Source: Dehalococcoidia bacterium (GTDB lineage: Bacteria > Chloroflexota > Dehalococcoidia > Bin125). From it: 64,000 nt of DNA. The stretch's first letter is position 1; every line of letters begins with the position of its first letter. This document shows, one piece after another, positions 46,095 through 54,914 of the stretch. Below the pieces are notes generated by a model that was given only the letters and a program-made list of their open reading frames with translations, ran no database searches and was not told the DNA's origin. The position numbers and the translations under genes were made by a program. Where the stretch lies: contig CAXXSR010000001.1 in the NCBI GenBank assembly GCA_963662615.2, positions 736,001 through 800,000 of the forward strand, in the 5' to 3' direction.

Positions 46095-47482
46095 CCGCCG
46101 GTCTCACCCGCCGCCCGCTGCCCCAGCCACTCTTCAATCGCGGCTGCCGTTGAGCGGGCGGCCTCCGCCTGCTCCTCCGCCAGTTGCCGGCACAGGCCGG
46201 TGTAGCGTTCCGCATCCAGGAGCGACTCCAGCTGCGTCGGCGTGAGCTGCTCGCGCACGGCCGGGTCGGCCTCCAGCAGCTCGCGGAACGAGCCTCCGTC
46301 GGTCGCCGCCGACTGCGCCGCCTCGTACACCACGTCGTGGGCGCGCTGCCGGCCCATGCGCTCGCCCAGCTCCAGCATCACCGCCTCCACCATGATCGTC
46401 CCGCCCGACAGCTCCAGATTCCGCCGCATCCGTTCGGGGAAGACGGCCAGCCCCTCCATGAGCACGATCAGCCGTTCCAGGATGTCCCCCGTCAGCGAGC
46501 AGGCGCGCTCCACGGCGTGACTCATCATGACGCTCGTCGTCCGATCCGCTTCGTGCTCGGTCTGCATCGCTTCCAGCGCCAGCGGCGCCAGCGCCCGCAC
46601 CTCCGCCGCTGCCGCCATGATGTCCTGCGACAGTTTCGGGTTCCGCTTCTGCGGCATCGTGCTGCTGCCCACCGTCCCCGGCGGCAGCGGCTCCTCCACC
46701 TCGCCGAACTCCTGCTTCATCAACGTGTAGGTCTCGTGCGCCATCTTCGACGCGGTCGCCGCCAGCATTGCGAGGAGCAAGACGTACTCCGCCTGATGGT
46801 CGCCCAGCGTCCGCGCCGGTACGGGCATGGGCCGCAGCCCCAGGCGCGCCGCCAGCCGCTCCTGCACCGCCAGCCCCTGCGCCCCGAATGAGGCCACCGT
46901 CCCCGCTGCGCCGCCCAGCATCGCCACGAAAACGCGCGGCTCGCTCGCCCGCAGCCGTTCCACGTGCCGACGCAACTCGTCGATCCACACCGCCACCTTG
47001 AAGCCGAACGTCGCCGGCACCGCGTGCTGCCCGTGCGTCCGGCCCGGCAACACCGCCGCGCTCGTCCGATCGGCCAGCGACGCCAACGCCCGCAGCACCG
47101 CCGCCAGCTGCCCCAAAAAGATGGCGTGCGCCCGTCGCAGCAGCAGGACCCGCCCCGTCTCGGTGATGTTTTGGGTCGTCGCGCCCCAGTGCACGTAGCC
47201 ACCCGCGTCACCCTCGCAGATGCGATCCAGCTCCCAGATCATTGGGACCAGTGGGTGGCCGGTGCGGCCCAACCCCTCGTCGATCCGCTCCCGATCCAAC
47301 AACGACAGTTGCGCCTTCGACGCGATCTCCGCGGCGGCCCCGGCCGGAATCATGCCCAGCTCCGCCTCCGCGAGCGCCAGCGCCGCCTCCACGTCCAGCC
47401 ACGCCTGCCACTGCGACTCCTGCTCGAACAGCGCGCGCACGCCGGGATCGCGCACGCGCCAAGCCGTGGGCTGGTCCTGCAT
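46091..47482 (-). CDS. Adenylosuccinate lyase / 3-carboxymuconate cycloisomerase family protein
   Basis: VHWGATTQN, GRTHGQHA.P.TFGFK, GSSTMPQKRNP signature. Confidence 0.9.
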   Translation of the reverse strand: MQDQPTAWRVRDPGVRALFEQESQWQAWLDVEAALALAEAELGMIPAGAAAEIASKAQLSLLDRERIDEGLGRTGHPLVPMIWELDRICEGDAGGYVHWGATTQNITETGRVLLLRRAHAIFLGQLAAVLRALASLADRTSAAVLPGRTHGQHAVPATFGFKVAVWIDELRRHVERLRASEPRVFVAMLGGAAGTVASFGAQGLAVQERLAARLGLRPMPVPARTLGDHQAEYVLLLAMLAATASKMAHETYTLMKQEFGEVEEPLPPGTVGSSTMPQKRNPKLSQDIMAAAAEVRALAPLALEAMQTEHEADRTTSVMMSHAVERACSLTGDILERLIVLMEGLAVFPERMRRNLELSGGTIMVEAVMLELGERMGRQRAHDVVYEAAQSAATDGGSFRELLEADPAVREQLTPTQLESLLDAERYTGLCRQLAEEQAEAARSTAAAIEEWLGQRAAGETGG

Positions 47483-47539
47483 CCCCGTCTCCTCAACTCT
47501 CGCCCGCCGCTGTCTCCGGGAAGGGCCGACGCAGTCTGC

Positions 47540-47633
47540 GCCACTGCCCGGGCCACTGCCTGGGCCACAGCCTGCGCCACAGCCTGCGCCACAGCCTGCG
47601 CCACAGCCTGCGCCACTGCCTGGGCCACAGCCT
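47540..47633. repeat. 12-bp tandem repeat, about 8 units (GCCAC[A/T]GCC[T/C]G[C/G])
   Basis: Read directly; intergenic between the cupin stop and the lyase start. Confidence 0.9.
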
Positions 47634-48025
47634 CACATCGACCAGCGCTCCACGTCGAAGCCCTCGGCCGGCGGCGCGAAGAGGAGGCGCACCGGACCTT
47701 CAATGATGCGCGTGATGTGTCCGTTGCCCGTCACGTCATTCGCCACATAGACCTCACCCGGGCCCCAGCGTCGCCTCTCGCCGTCGCTGGTTTCCACCTC
47801 CATGACTCCGCTCAGCATCGCGATCACCAGGAGCCCCGGCGCGTTGTGCCGCGGCTCCACGTAGACCGCCGGCAGCTCCAAGAACGCCACGCCGGGCGAG
47901 GGATACTCCTGCGAGCGCAGGATGGTGCCGCCCGCCGCGTCCTGCACCTTATCGGTAATCGGGATCTCCACCTCATCGAAATGGGACTCACCGTCGCTCC
48001 AGGCGTAGAAGCGTGTCACCTTCAC
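47633..48025 (-). CDS. Cupin-like hypothetical protein
   Basis: DGESHF, HNAP...LSG.MEVETSDGERR.WGPGE...NDVTGNGHITR. Confidence 0.8.
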   Translation of the reverse strand: MKVTRFYAWSDGESHFDEVEIPITDKVQDAAGGTILRSQEYPSPGVAFLELPAVYVEPRHNAPGLLVIAMLSGVMEVETSDGERRRWGPGEVYVANDVTGNGHITRIIEGPVRLLFAPPAEGFDVERWSM

Positions 48026-48198
48026 AGCGCTCTCCTCCCCAGCAACGCCGATCCCCAGCGACGGCGGCAGGCGCCATCCTAGCAGCGCGCCCCCGCCCTT
48101 GCCGGGCGTCGACCGTTCCCATGTCACCGCCGGGGATTCGTGAACGCGCCGACGCTGCCGGCGCTGCCGACCCTGCCTACGCTGCCGCAGTCGGCCGC

Positions 48199-49041
48199 CT
48201 ACGCGGTCGCCGCCCAGGGCACAAGCGGCCGCGCTGCCTCGTCGGGCATCTCCACGCCGGTCGCCGCCGGGAGATAGACGCGCACCGTGGTGCCTTGCTG
48301 GGGGGCGCTCTCCACCGTCACCGTTCCCTCGTGCTCCCGCACGATGCCGTACACCAAGGTTGCGCCCAGCCCGGTCCCGCGCTCCGGCTTGGTCGAGAAA
48401 AAAGGATCGAAGATGCGGGCCACCGTGGCCTCGTCCATGCCGCAGCCGCCGTCCTCCACTTCCACGACCACGTAGCCGTTCGCGCGCTCCGCGAGCGCCG
48501 GCGACGGCGGCGCCTCTGCCGCCCGTCGCACCCGCACCGTCAGCGTGCCGATCTCTGCCATCGCGTCGCGCGCGTTCAGCACGAGATTCAGCAAGACCTG
48601 CCGCAGCGCCGACGCGTTGCCGATCACGCAGAGACCGGAGGCCACTTCCTTCCGCAGGGTGATGCGGCTGCTCACACTGCTCTCCAGGAGGCCGAAGACC
48701 TCGGCCACCGGTGGCGCCAGCTCCAGCGGCCCACGCGCGCCGCTCTCAGTCCGGCTCACCTCCAGGAGCCGTTGTGCCAGCGCGGCGGCGCCGGCCACCG
48801 CCTCCGCCGCTCGATCGATCGCGTTCTCTGCCGCCGGCCCCTCGTTCCCTCTCGCCACGGCCAAACAGGCGCTCACAATGGTGAGGTAATTCTTGAAATC
48901 GTGCGCCACCCCGGCGCTGAACTCGCCCACGGCCTCGACCCGCTGCGTCTTCTCCGGCCACCGCGCCGGCGCCGCCACGCGCTCCTCCGGCTGCGCCTTT
49001 TCGTCTGCCCCACGGTCCGGTTCGGACGACCAACGAGCCAT
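48199..49041 (-). CDS. Orphan histidine kinase core (HisKA + HATPase only)
   Basis: GVAHDFKNYLT, QVLLNLVLNARDAM, DGGCGM, FDPFFSTK, GTGLG. Confidence 0.85.
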   Translation of the reverse strand: MARWSSEPDRGADEKAQPEERVAAPARWPEKTQRVEAVGEFSAGVAHDFKNYLTIVSACLAVARGNEGPAAENAIDRAAEAVAGAAALAQRLLEVSRTESGARGPLELAPPVAEVFGLLESSVSSRITLRKEVASGLCVIGNASALRQVLLNLVLNARDAMAEIGTLTVRVRRAAEAPPSPALAERANGYVVVEVEDGGCGMDEATVARIFDPFFSTKPERGTGLGATLVYGIVREHEGTVTVESAPQQGTTVRVYLPAATGVEMPDEAARPLVPWAATA

Positions 49042-49339
49042 CGCTCTCCCCTCCCGGGCGCCGTGGCCTCTCGCCCCGGTATGCCCCCAAGACCGTTAAC
49101 ACTAGAGAGCCGCGCGGCGACGGCAAGTGGAGGGGGTGTGGAGTGGGTGTGGAGTGATCGATCCGTGAGCGCTCGGCCCGCGCAACTGGGATGGCTGCTT
49201 GGAGCCGCACGACGGCGACTTCGATTCGGCCCTCGCCGCATGGAAGCGCCGCTCGGCGGCTCTCCCGGGACGGTGCTGTGGTTCGGTCTCCCGGTGCGCC
49301 CGCGCGCTTCGGCCCGCACCGCATCGTGTCGGGCGCGCG

Positions 49340-50407
49340 TCAGACCAAACTACCGTCGCAGCTCGATCCCGCGCCCGCCGTACAGCCGTAGCAGTGCGGC
49401 CCCACCACGATCCGGCGACGCGCCAACGCCGTCGCGTCGAACTCCCCGATCGTGCGCGGCGCTCCCGCCTCGCAGCCGATCTCCAACATCTGGTTGAAGT
49501 CGCAGTCATAGAGGCGGCCGTCCCAGCCCACGGACAGCGTCGACCGGCACATCACGTTCGCTACCGTCGACGGGTTGAACGACCGTGCCAGCAGGTGCAC
49601 GTACTCCTCCAAGCTGCCGCGATCGACCAGAAACTCCAAGAACCGCCCAATCGGCATGTTCGTCAGCGTGTAGAGGTGGTTGAACCGAATCCCGTAACGG
49701 CGCCCCAGCTCGCCCCGCCAGTCCCGCTCCAGCGATTCCTGATTCCCGGGCAGGTAGGCGCCCACCGGATTCAGCATCAGGTGCAGGGCCAGCCCGCTCC
49801 CGGCGATGCCGTAGCCCAGGTCGTTGAGGAGCCGCAGCGCCGTGATGCTGCTCTCGAACGCGCCGGCGCCGCGTTGCGCGTCCGTCTGCTTCGCCAGGTA
49901 GTAGGGCAGCGACGCGATGATCTCCACTCCCTGCGCGGCCAGAAACGCCGGCAGGTCGGCGTTGCCGGCCACCAGCAGCGCCGTCAGATTCGCCCGCTCA
50001 ATCGTGTGCCGCCCCAGCCGCTGCGCCTCCACCACAATGTCGCGAAAGCGCGGATGCAGCTCCGGCGCCCCGCCGGTGATGTCCACCGTGGGGATGGTGG
50101 TCGCGGCCAGCGTCGCCAGGCACGCGTCCACGACCTCGGATGGCATCACCTCGGCGCGGTCCGGACCCGCGTCCACGTGGCAGTGGCGGCACGTCTGGTT
50201 GCAGAACTTCCCCAGGTTGATCTGCAGGACCTCGATGCCCGTTGCCCGCATGGGCGCGTCGCCGTTCGCCGTCACCGCCTCCCCGAACGCCCTTGGCAGT
50301 GCAATGTCGGCAAGCGCCCGCCGCTGCGCGGCCGGGTCGGCCAACGGATGGCCGCGTTGCCGCAGCGACCCCGTTGCCGATGGTTGCGCGTCTGTTCGTG
50401 CCGTCAT
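49340..50407 (-). CDS. arsS: Arsenosugar-biosynthesis-type radical SAM protein ArsS (Cys-rich C-terminus)
   Basis: LQINLGKFCNQTCRHCHVDAGP (CxxxCxxC), DITGGAPEL, SLPYY, NMPIGRF, MCR...DCDFNQ, HCYGCTAGAGSSC. Confidence 0.82.
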   Translation of the reverse strand: MTARTDAQPSATGSLRQRGHPLADPAAQRRALADIALPRAFGEAVTANGDAPMRATGIEVLQINLGKFCNQTCRHCHVDAGPDRAEVMPSEVVDACLATLAATTIPTVDITGGAPELHPRFRDIVVEAQRLGRHTIERANLTALLVAGNADLPAFLAAQGVEIIASLPYYLAKQTDAQRGAGAFESSITALRLLNDLGYGIAGSGLALHLMLNPVGAYLPGNQESLERDWRGELGRRYGIRFNHLYTLTNMPIGRFLEFLVDRGSLEEYVHLLARSFNPSTVANVMCRSTLSVGWDGRLYDCDFNQMLEIGCEAGAPRTIGEFDATALARRRIVVGPHCYGCTAGAGSSCDGSLV

Positions 50408-50409
50408 GA

Positions 50410-50745
50410 CTACATGGACATCCTCTCCACGTGCTCGCGCATTTGCACCCCGTGCACCAGCGTCGAGCCGCCGGTAATGGCCGCGGCCACGTGGATCGCC
50501 TCCGTCATCTGCTCAAGGTTCGATCCGGCCTCCAACGACGAGCGGCTGTGCGCCTCAATGCAGTAGGGACACTGCACCGCGTGGGCCACGGCCAGCGCGA
50601 TCAGCGCCTTCTCCCGGCTGCTCAGCGCCCCTTCCGCAAGCGCGGCGCTGTACCAGTCCTGGAACTTCTCCCACAGCGCCGGCGCTTCCTCTCCCACGCG
50701 GTCGAAGTTCTCCAGGCCCTCCCGATGGTAGTAGTGCTCCCCCAT
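50410..50745 (-). CDS. AhpD/CMD-like protein, arsS-associated peroxidase-like family
   Basis: EGALSSREKALIALAVAHAVQCPYCIEAH...MTEAIHVAAAI.GG.TLVHGVQM; directly upstream of arsS. Confidence 0.85.
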   Translation of the reverse strand: MGEHYYHREGLENFDRVGEEAPALWEKFQDWYSAALAEGALSSREKALIALAVAHAVQCPYCIEAHSRSSLEAGSNLEQMTEAIHVAAAITGGSTLVHGVQMREHVERMSM

Positions 50746-50878
50746 TCCTCCCCCCTCTCTGGACCCACGGCGGCGCGCTCTCCCGCCCTACGACGGTCCC
50801 GCACCCGCGGATCTGTGCCCGCCATCAACTTGGGCGATGCTCGGCGCAGCGATCTCATAGACTTGATCAAGAAGGCGA

Positions 50879-51371
50879 TCAGGCGTGCCAGTTGAGAACA
50901 TCCAGCATCGCCCAAGTATCGATTGGGTCTGACAGCCCCAACGCTCGACATACGTTCGGCACCTTCACGATCTTGGCCCCTGGTCCAACCAATGCCTCGA
51001 ACGTCACGACTGTCCCGCCTTCGGCCTTCGCATGAGCGATTAGCCAAGGATCGGCCCCGGCAAGGAATAGCTGTGCCTGTTCCGGCTCATAGGTGGCGTT
51101 GACGTAGTCTGCTACTTCACTCATGTGATGCTGAACGTCGTCGCTGGGATCCCGAAAGATGAGGCGGCCCCGATCGAGCTTCAGCCCACACACGCAACGG
51201 ATCGTTTTCGTACGCGTCGCATATTTCCTTGTACACGAATACTGAACTCGCGATGATGTCCGCTTCGGCTTGTTCCTCGATGAACGCCCAGAATGAGGGG
51301 ACCCGGTCAATCTTGAGTGGGCCATCTTTAGGCCGCATGAGGGAGTCAGCGTCCATCCAGTAATCCACCAC
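50879..51371 (-). pseudogene. DUF4411-family PIN-like nuclease, +1 frameshift in a G4 run (51168-51171)
   Basis: YWMDAD...PSFW...VYKEI in one frame; ADPWLIAHA...VVTFE...KVPNVC in the next. Confidence 0.8.
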
Positions 51372-52552
51372 TAGGTGTTTCCCGCTCCAAACAGCTCTCT
51401 TCGCGCTCGCTCGATCGTGTCTACGCGAATGTTGAGAAGGCGAGCGGAATTGAGTCGAGAAACTTGGCCTTCGGCTGTGGCGGTTAGAAGCGCGGAAGTG
51501 AACGCCGTACTGTTCCGTGCAAAGAAAAGATTGTAGAAGTCGCCGCCTTCACCAGACGGTGGATGAGAGTCGCCAGTGTACTCATCGTAGAGATCGAAGA
51601 ACTCAGCCTCAGTAATCACGTCGGCCTCGTATGCCCGCCTAAGGGCAACAAAGCGGCTTACTCGGTAGTGACGGGCTAGGGTCTGAACGTTCTGTGCCGT
51701 CGTCGCAAGGCGAGCCCATCGCCCGAGGAAATCTTCCCTTGGGACAAGAACTTGAGCGGCCACTCGATCGCAGAGGCGGTCAATCTGGTTCACTTGCCGT
51801 TCGGGACCAACGGCGTAGTCAAGATTGGAAATGCCACTCTTGTCTATCCACAGATGGGCAAGTTCATGGGCTAGGGTGAACGTCTGAGCGACCTTGTAAT
51901 CCTTTGTGTTGACGAAGATCGCAGGCGCAAGGCCATCACTAAGCGCGAAGCCTCGAAACTCGTCAACCGATAGCGGTCGGTGCGTATTACCCACCACGAC
52001 GCCGCTGCGGAATACTAGGATTCCTGCCGCCTCAGCCTTGCGTACAAAGGACGTGAGAAATGCTTCCCAGCTCGATGCTTGCGAGCGCATCTCGTCATCT
52101 ATACCAATGACTTCGCAGATGTCGCGCGCGATTGCGTCTGGCTCATCACTAAGGCCGAACCGTCCGATGAACGGTAGCGGGGCGGCGCCTTGATCTACCT
52201 GGAACTCCTGGAACCAAGCCTGCTTTCGGCGTACGTCGTAGAGTTGATCGAGAAGTTCTGGACTAGGATTCTGGATAGATTCTCCAGAAACTGTGCGAAG
52301 GTCCGGTAGTTCTGTAGTGAGTGAAGGTGGGTCGGACAGGAACAGATAGCCTAGCGGAATGTTGAGAATCCCAGCAATGCTCTGCGCCTGTCGCAGTGTT
52401 GGACGCTCGGTGCTATCGTCCGTTTCCCAAGCACGCACTTTTTCTGACGACGTGCGGAGCCGCCTGGCAACAGTATCCTCGGAGATGTTGCGCCTCTCAC
52501 GCGCCCACCTGAGAACGCTACGAGTGATGAGAGCGTGAGTGCGAGGAGGCAT
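51371..52552 (-). CDS. XRE HTH + ImmA/IrrE Zn-metallopeptidase
   Basis: LRWARE...WE...PT..Q...A..L.IPLGYLFL..PP; FRGFAL, IFVN, FTLAHELAHLW (HExxH). Confidence 0.92.
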   Translation of the reverse strand: MPPRTHALITRSVLRWARERRNISEDTVARRLRTSSEKVRAWETDDSTERPTLRQAQSIAGILNIPLGYLFLSDPPSLTTELPDLRTVSGESIQNPSPELLDQLYDVRRKQAWFQEFQVDQGAAPLPFIGRFGLSDEPDAIARDICEVIGIDDEMRSQASSWEAFLTSFVRKAEAAGILVFRSGVVVGNTHRPLSVDEFRGFALSDGLAPAIFVNTKDYKVAQTFTLAHELAHLWIDKSGISNLDYAVGPERQVNQIDRLCDRVAAQVLVPREDFLGRWARLATTAQNVQTLARHYRVSRFVALRRAYEADVITEAEFFDLYDEYTGDSHPPSGEGGDFYNLFFARNSTAFTSALLTATAEGQVSRLNSARLLNIRVDTIERARRELFGAGNT

Positions 52553-52844
52553 GTTGATCTACTCCAGGGTCTGCTACCCTAAACGGAGCAAGGCCCCATC
52601 GCAATCGCATGTCGCTGCATATTAGAGCCGCTCGCATATTAGAGCCGCTCGCAGGCGGCTCTAACTCATTCTCCCAAAGGTGCGTAGGTCCCGTATCGGC
52701 CCCGCCGCGTATTCTGGACGCGGCTAGCCATCGCCTCGGAGCTTGACGCCGTCAAAGACGAGCTGGCGAAGGAGCTGGGCCGCGGGCCGGAGACGGCTGC
52801 GGCCTGAACGCCGGATCCCGCGACTCCGCATCGCCCCACGGCGT

Positions 52845-52853
52845 TGCTATACT
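52845..52853 (+). promoter_or_regulatory. Extended -10 promoter (TGnTATACT)
   Basis: TGCTATACT about 55 nt upstream of the DRTGG-domain gene. Confidence 0.5.
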
Positions 52854-52907
52854 CCCGCCCCGTACGCGGCAGCGTAGGATGGCGGACGTGCAGGAGTGGA
52901 GGCACCC

Positions 52908-53888
52908 GTGCCCGTTCTGATCGTGACATCCGCCCAACCCGGCGACGGCAAGACCGCCGTCGCCGTCGGGCTCGCCGCCGCCCTGCGGCAGGGCGGCTCC
53001 ACCGTCCGCCTCGTCCGTGCCCCCGCCGGCGACAGCGCCCCCACCGGCAACAGCGCCCCCGCCGGCGCCCCCGCCGGCAACAGCGCCGCAGCCGACGCTC
53101 GCGCCTTCGCGCACCTCCCCGGCGTGCGTAGCGCTGGCAGCGTCGCCGCCATCGACGGGGCCGCGCTCGACACGGATGTCACCTTTGTGGAAGCGGCCAC
53201 GCCTGAGGACGTCCCGGCCCTGCGCCAGGCGGCCGGGGATGGCGCGGGCGTGATCCTCGTCACCCGCGCCGCCGATCCCCACAGCGCCGTCCTCGGCCGC
53301 GCCCTGGCGACCGCTGCGCCCACCGCACTGCTCCTCACCGCCCTCTGGCCCCGCCCCAACGGCGACCCCACCGGCGACCACACCGCCGCGTTCGCCCCGC
53401 TCGGCCTGCCCTTGCTGGCGACCCTGCCGCAGGACCGCCTCCTCGCCGCACCCAGCATTGCGGCCATGGCCGCCGCCGTCGACGGCGACCTCAGCGGCCC
53501 CGACCATCTCTACGAGGAGGCCGTGGAGTGGCTGCAGATCGGTCCCATCAGCGCCCACGAGGGCATGGACCACTTCAGCCGCTACCCCGACAAGGCCGTG
53601 ATCACCCGCCACGACAAAATTGACGTCGCCCTCGCCGCCCTCGACTCCGAGCCGGCCTGCCTCATCCTCACCGGGGGGGCGCCCAGCCTTCCCTATGTGG
53701 CCCAGCGCACCGAGTCGGAAGAGTTCGCCTTGATCGTGACGGACCTCGACACGCCGCGCGCCGTGGAGCGCATCGGGGCCCTGTACGGCCGCGGCTCGCT
53801 CACGGGGGCACGCAAGGTGCGCCGCGCCGCTGAACTCATGAGCGAGCGTCTGGACATGCCCGCGCTTCGCCAGGCTGCCGCGATCTAG
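52908..53888 (+). CDS. BioD-like/Pta N-terminal P-loop + DRTGG domain protein
   Basis: GDGKTAVAVGLA, LPQDRLLAAPSI, KAVIT..D..D..LAAL...CLILTGG. Confidence 0.8.
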   Translation: MPVLIVTSAQPGDGKTAVAVGLAAALRQGGSTVRLVRAPAGDSAPTGNSAPAGAPAGNSAAADARAFAHLPGVRSAGSVAAIDGAALDTDVTFVEAATPEDVPALRQAAGDGAGVILVTRAADPHSAVLGRALATAAPTALLLTALWPRPNGDPTGDHTAAFAPLGLPLLATLPQDRLLAAPSIAAMAAAVDGDLSGPDHLYEEAVEWLQIGPISAHEGMDHFSRYPDKAVITRHDKIDVALAALDSEPACLILTGGAPSLPYVAQRTESEEFALIVTDLDTPRAVERIGALYGRGSLTGARKVRRAAELMSERLDMPALRQAAAI

Positions 53889-54033
53889 CGACTCGCGATC
53901 GCGCGCGCGTCACGGCACACGAGCGCGCCGGCGCCCACCCACCGAACGCACCACGAGGACGTCCAGCTCGAGCGCGATAGGTGCCGTCTAGGTGCGGTAC
54001 GCACCGCGAGAGCGCGCGAGAGCGCGCGGAAAA

Positions 54034-54726
54034 CTACTCGCCGGCGCTGGCTACGGCCGGCGGAGAGTTGGTTCTGGCCGGCGGTGAGGGCGCTTGCTCG
54101 CCACCGTGCGGGCGGCGGAAGGGTGTCTGCTCCGCGGCCACCTCAACCGCGTCCGCCGGGGCGCGTCGCTCCGCCGCTGCGATCGCGCGCGGGCGCCGGC
54201 TGGGCACCGCTTGCGCTGCCGCTACCGACGGCGTCACTTCGGGCGCCGTCAGCGGCGCTGCCCGCGACCGCTGCCGGCCGCACCAGGGGCAGGCCGACCA
54301 CGACAGGGCCAGCGCCCGCTGACATTGGCCACAGGGCTCCTTCAGGCGACAGGCGCAGTGTGGACAGACGACATAATCTTCTTGGACTTGAGCACTGCAT
54401 TCCGGGCAGGCCATCTGCTGGTTCAGGTCTTGGAGGAGCGCTTCCTCCTCCAGCTCCCGCTCGAACAGATCCGCCAACGTCAACGGCGGGCGCAGCACCC
54501 GGTAGAGCACCCACCCCGGCAGGTTGAGCATCAAGACCATCAGCACCGCCACCGAGCGGGTGATGGAGTCATGCGATCGGTCCCGAATGTCGCGGGCGGT
54601 CCAGATCACGGCGGCCAGCCAGATCGCGCCCAGGTAGGCGCCGGCGATGACCCCCACAATGATGCCGCTGTTCTCGAGGCTGCCGCCCGGCCAACCGATG
54701 CCTGGGACAAGCATCCGCACCCTCAC
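54034..54726 (-). CDS. Membrane protein with double zinc ribbon
   Basis: Two TMs, LYRVLRPP.TL, LEEEALL, CPEC/CPHC/CGQC/CPWC; start uncertain. Confidence 0.82.
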   Translation of the reverse strand: MRVRMLVPGIGWPGGSLENSGIIVGVIAGAYLGAIWLAAVIWTARDIRDRSHDSITRSVAVLMVLMLNLPGWVLYRVLRPPLTLADLFERELEEEALLQDLNQQMACPECSAQVQEDYVVCPHCACRLKEPCGQCQRALALSWSACPWCGRQRSRAAPLTAPEVTPSVAAAQAVPSRRPRAIAAAERRAPADAVEVAAEQTPFRRPHGGEQAPSPPARTNSPPAVASAGE

Positions 54727-54914
54727 CCTTCCTTGGAAGGGTCCACCCCCCGCATCCCTCCCAGCGGCGACAACCGCCGAAAAGGACGTCCCGCCTCGCT
54801 CCGCACTATACCATCGAGACGGGCCTAGTTTTCGCCGTCACGGGCCCAACCAAGTAACGTCCTCGCCGGCCCCTTTGTTCCGGGTGCGTCGAACGTGCGT
54901 GCGAGTCTGCCCCC

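Noticed and set aside
47540-47633. CRISPR or coding repeat (ORF 47350..47703, AVAQ repeats)
   Set aside because: Contiguous 12-bp units with no spacers; the ORF overlaps two real genes out of frame.
49340-49400. Selenocysteine in the ArsS C-terminus
   Set aside because: The GSSC codon is TGC; this copy is the Cys form.
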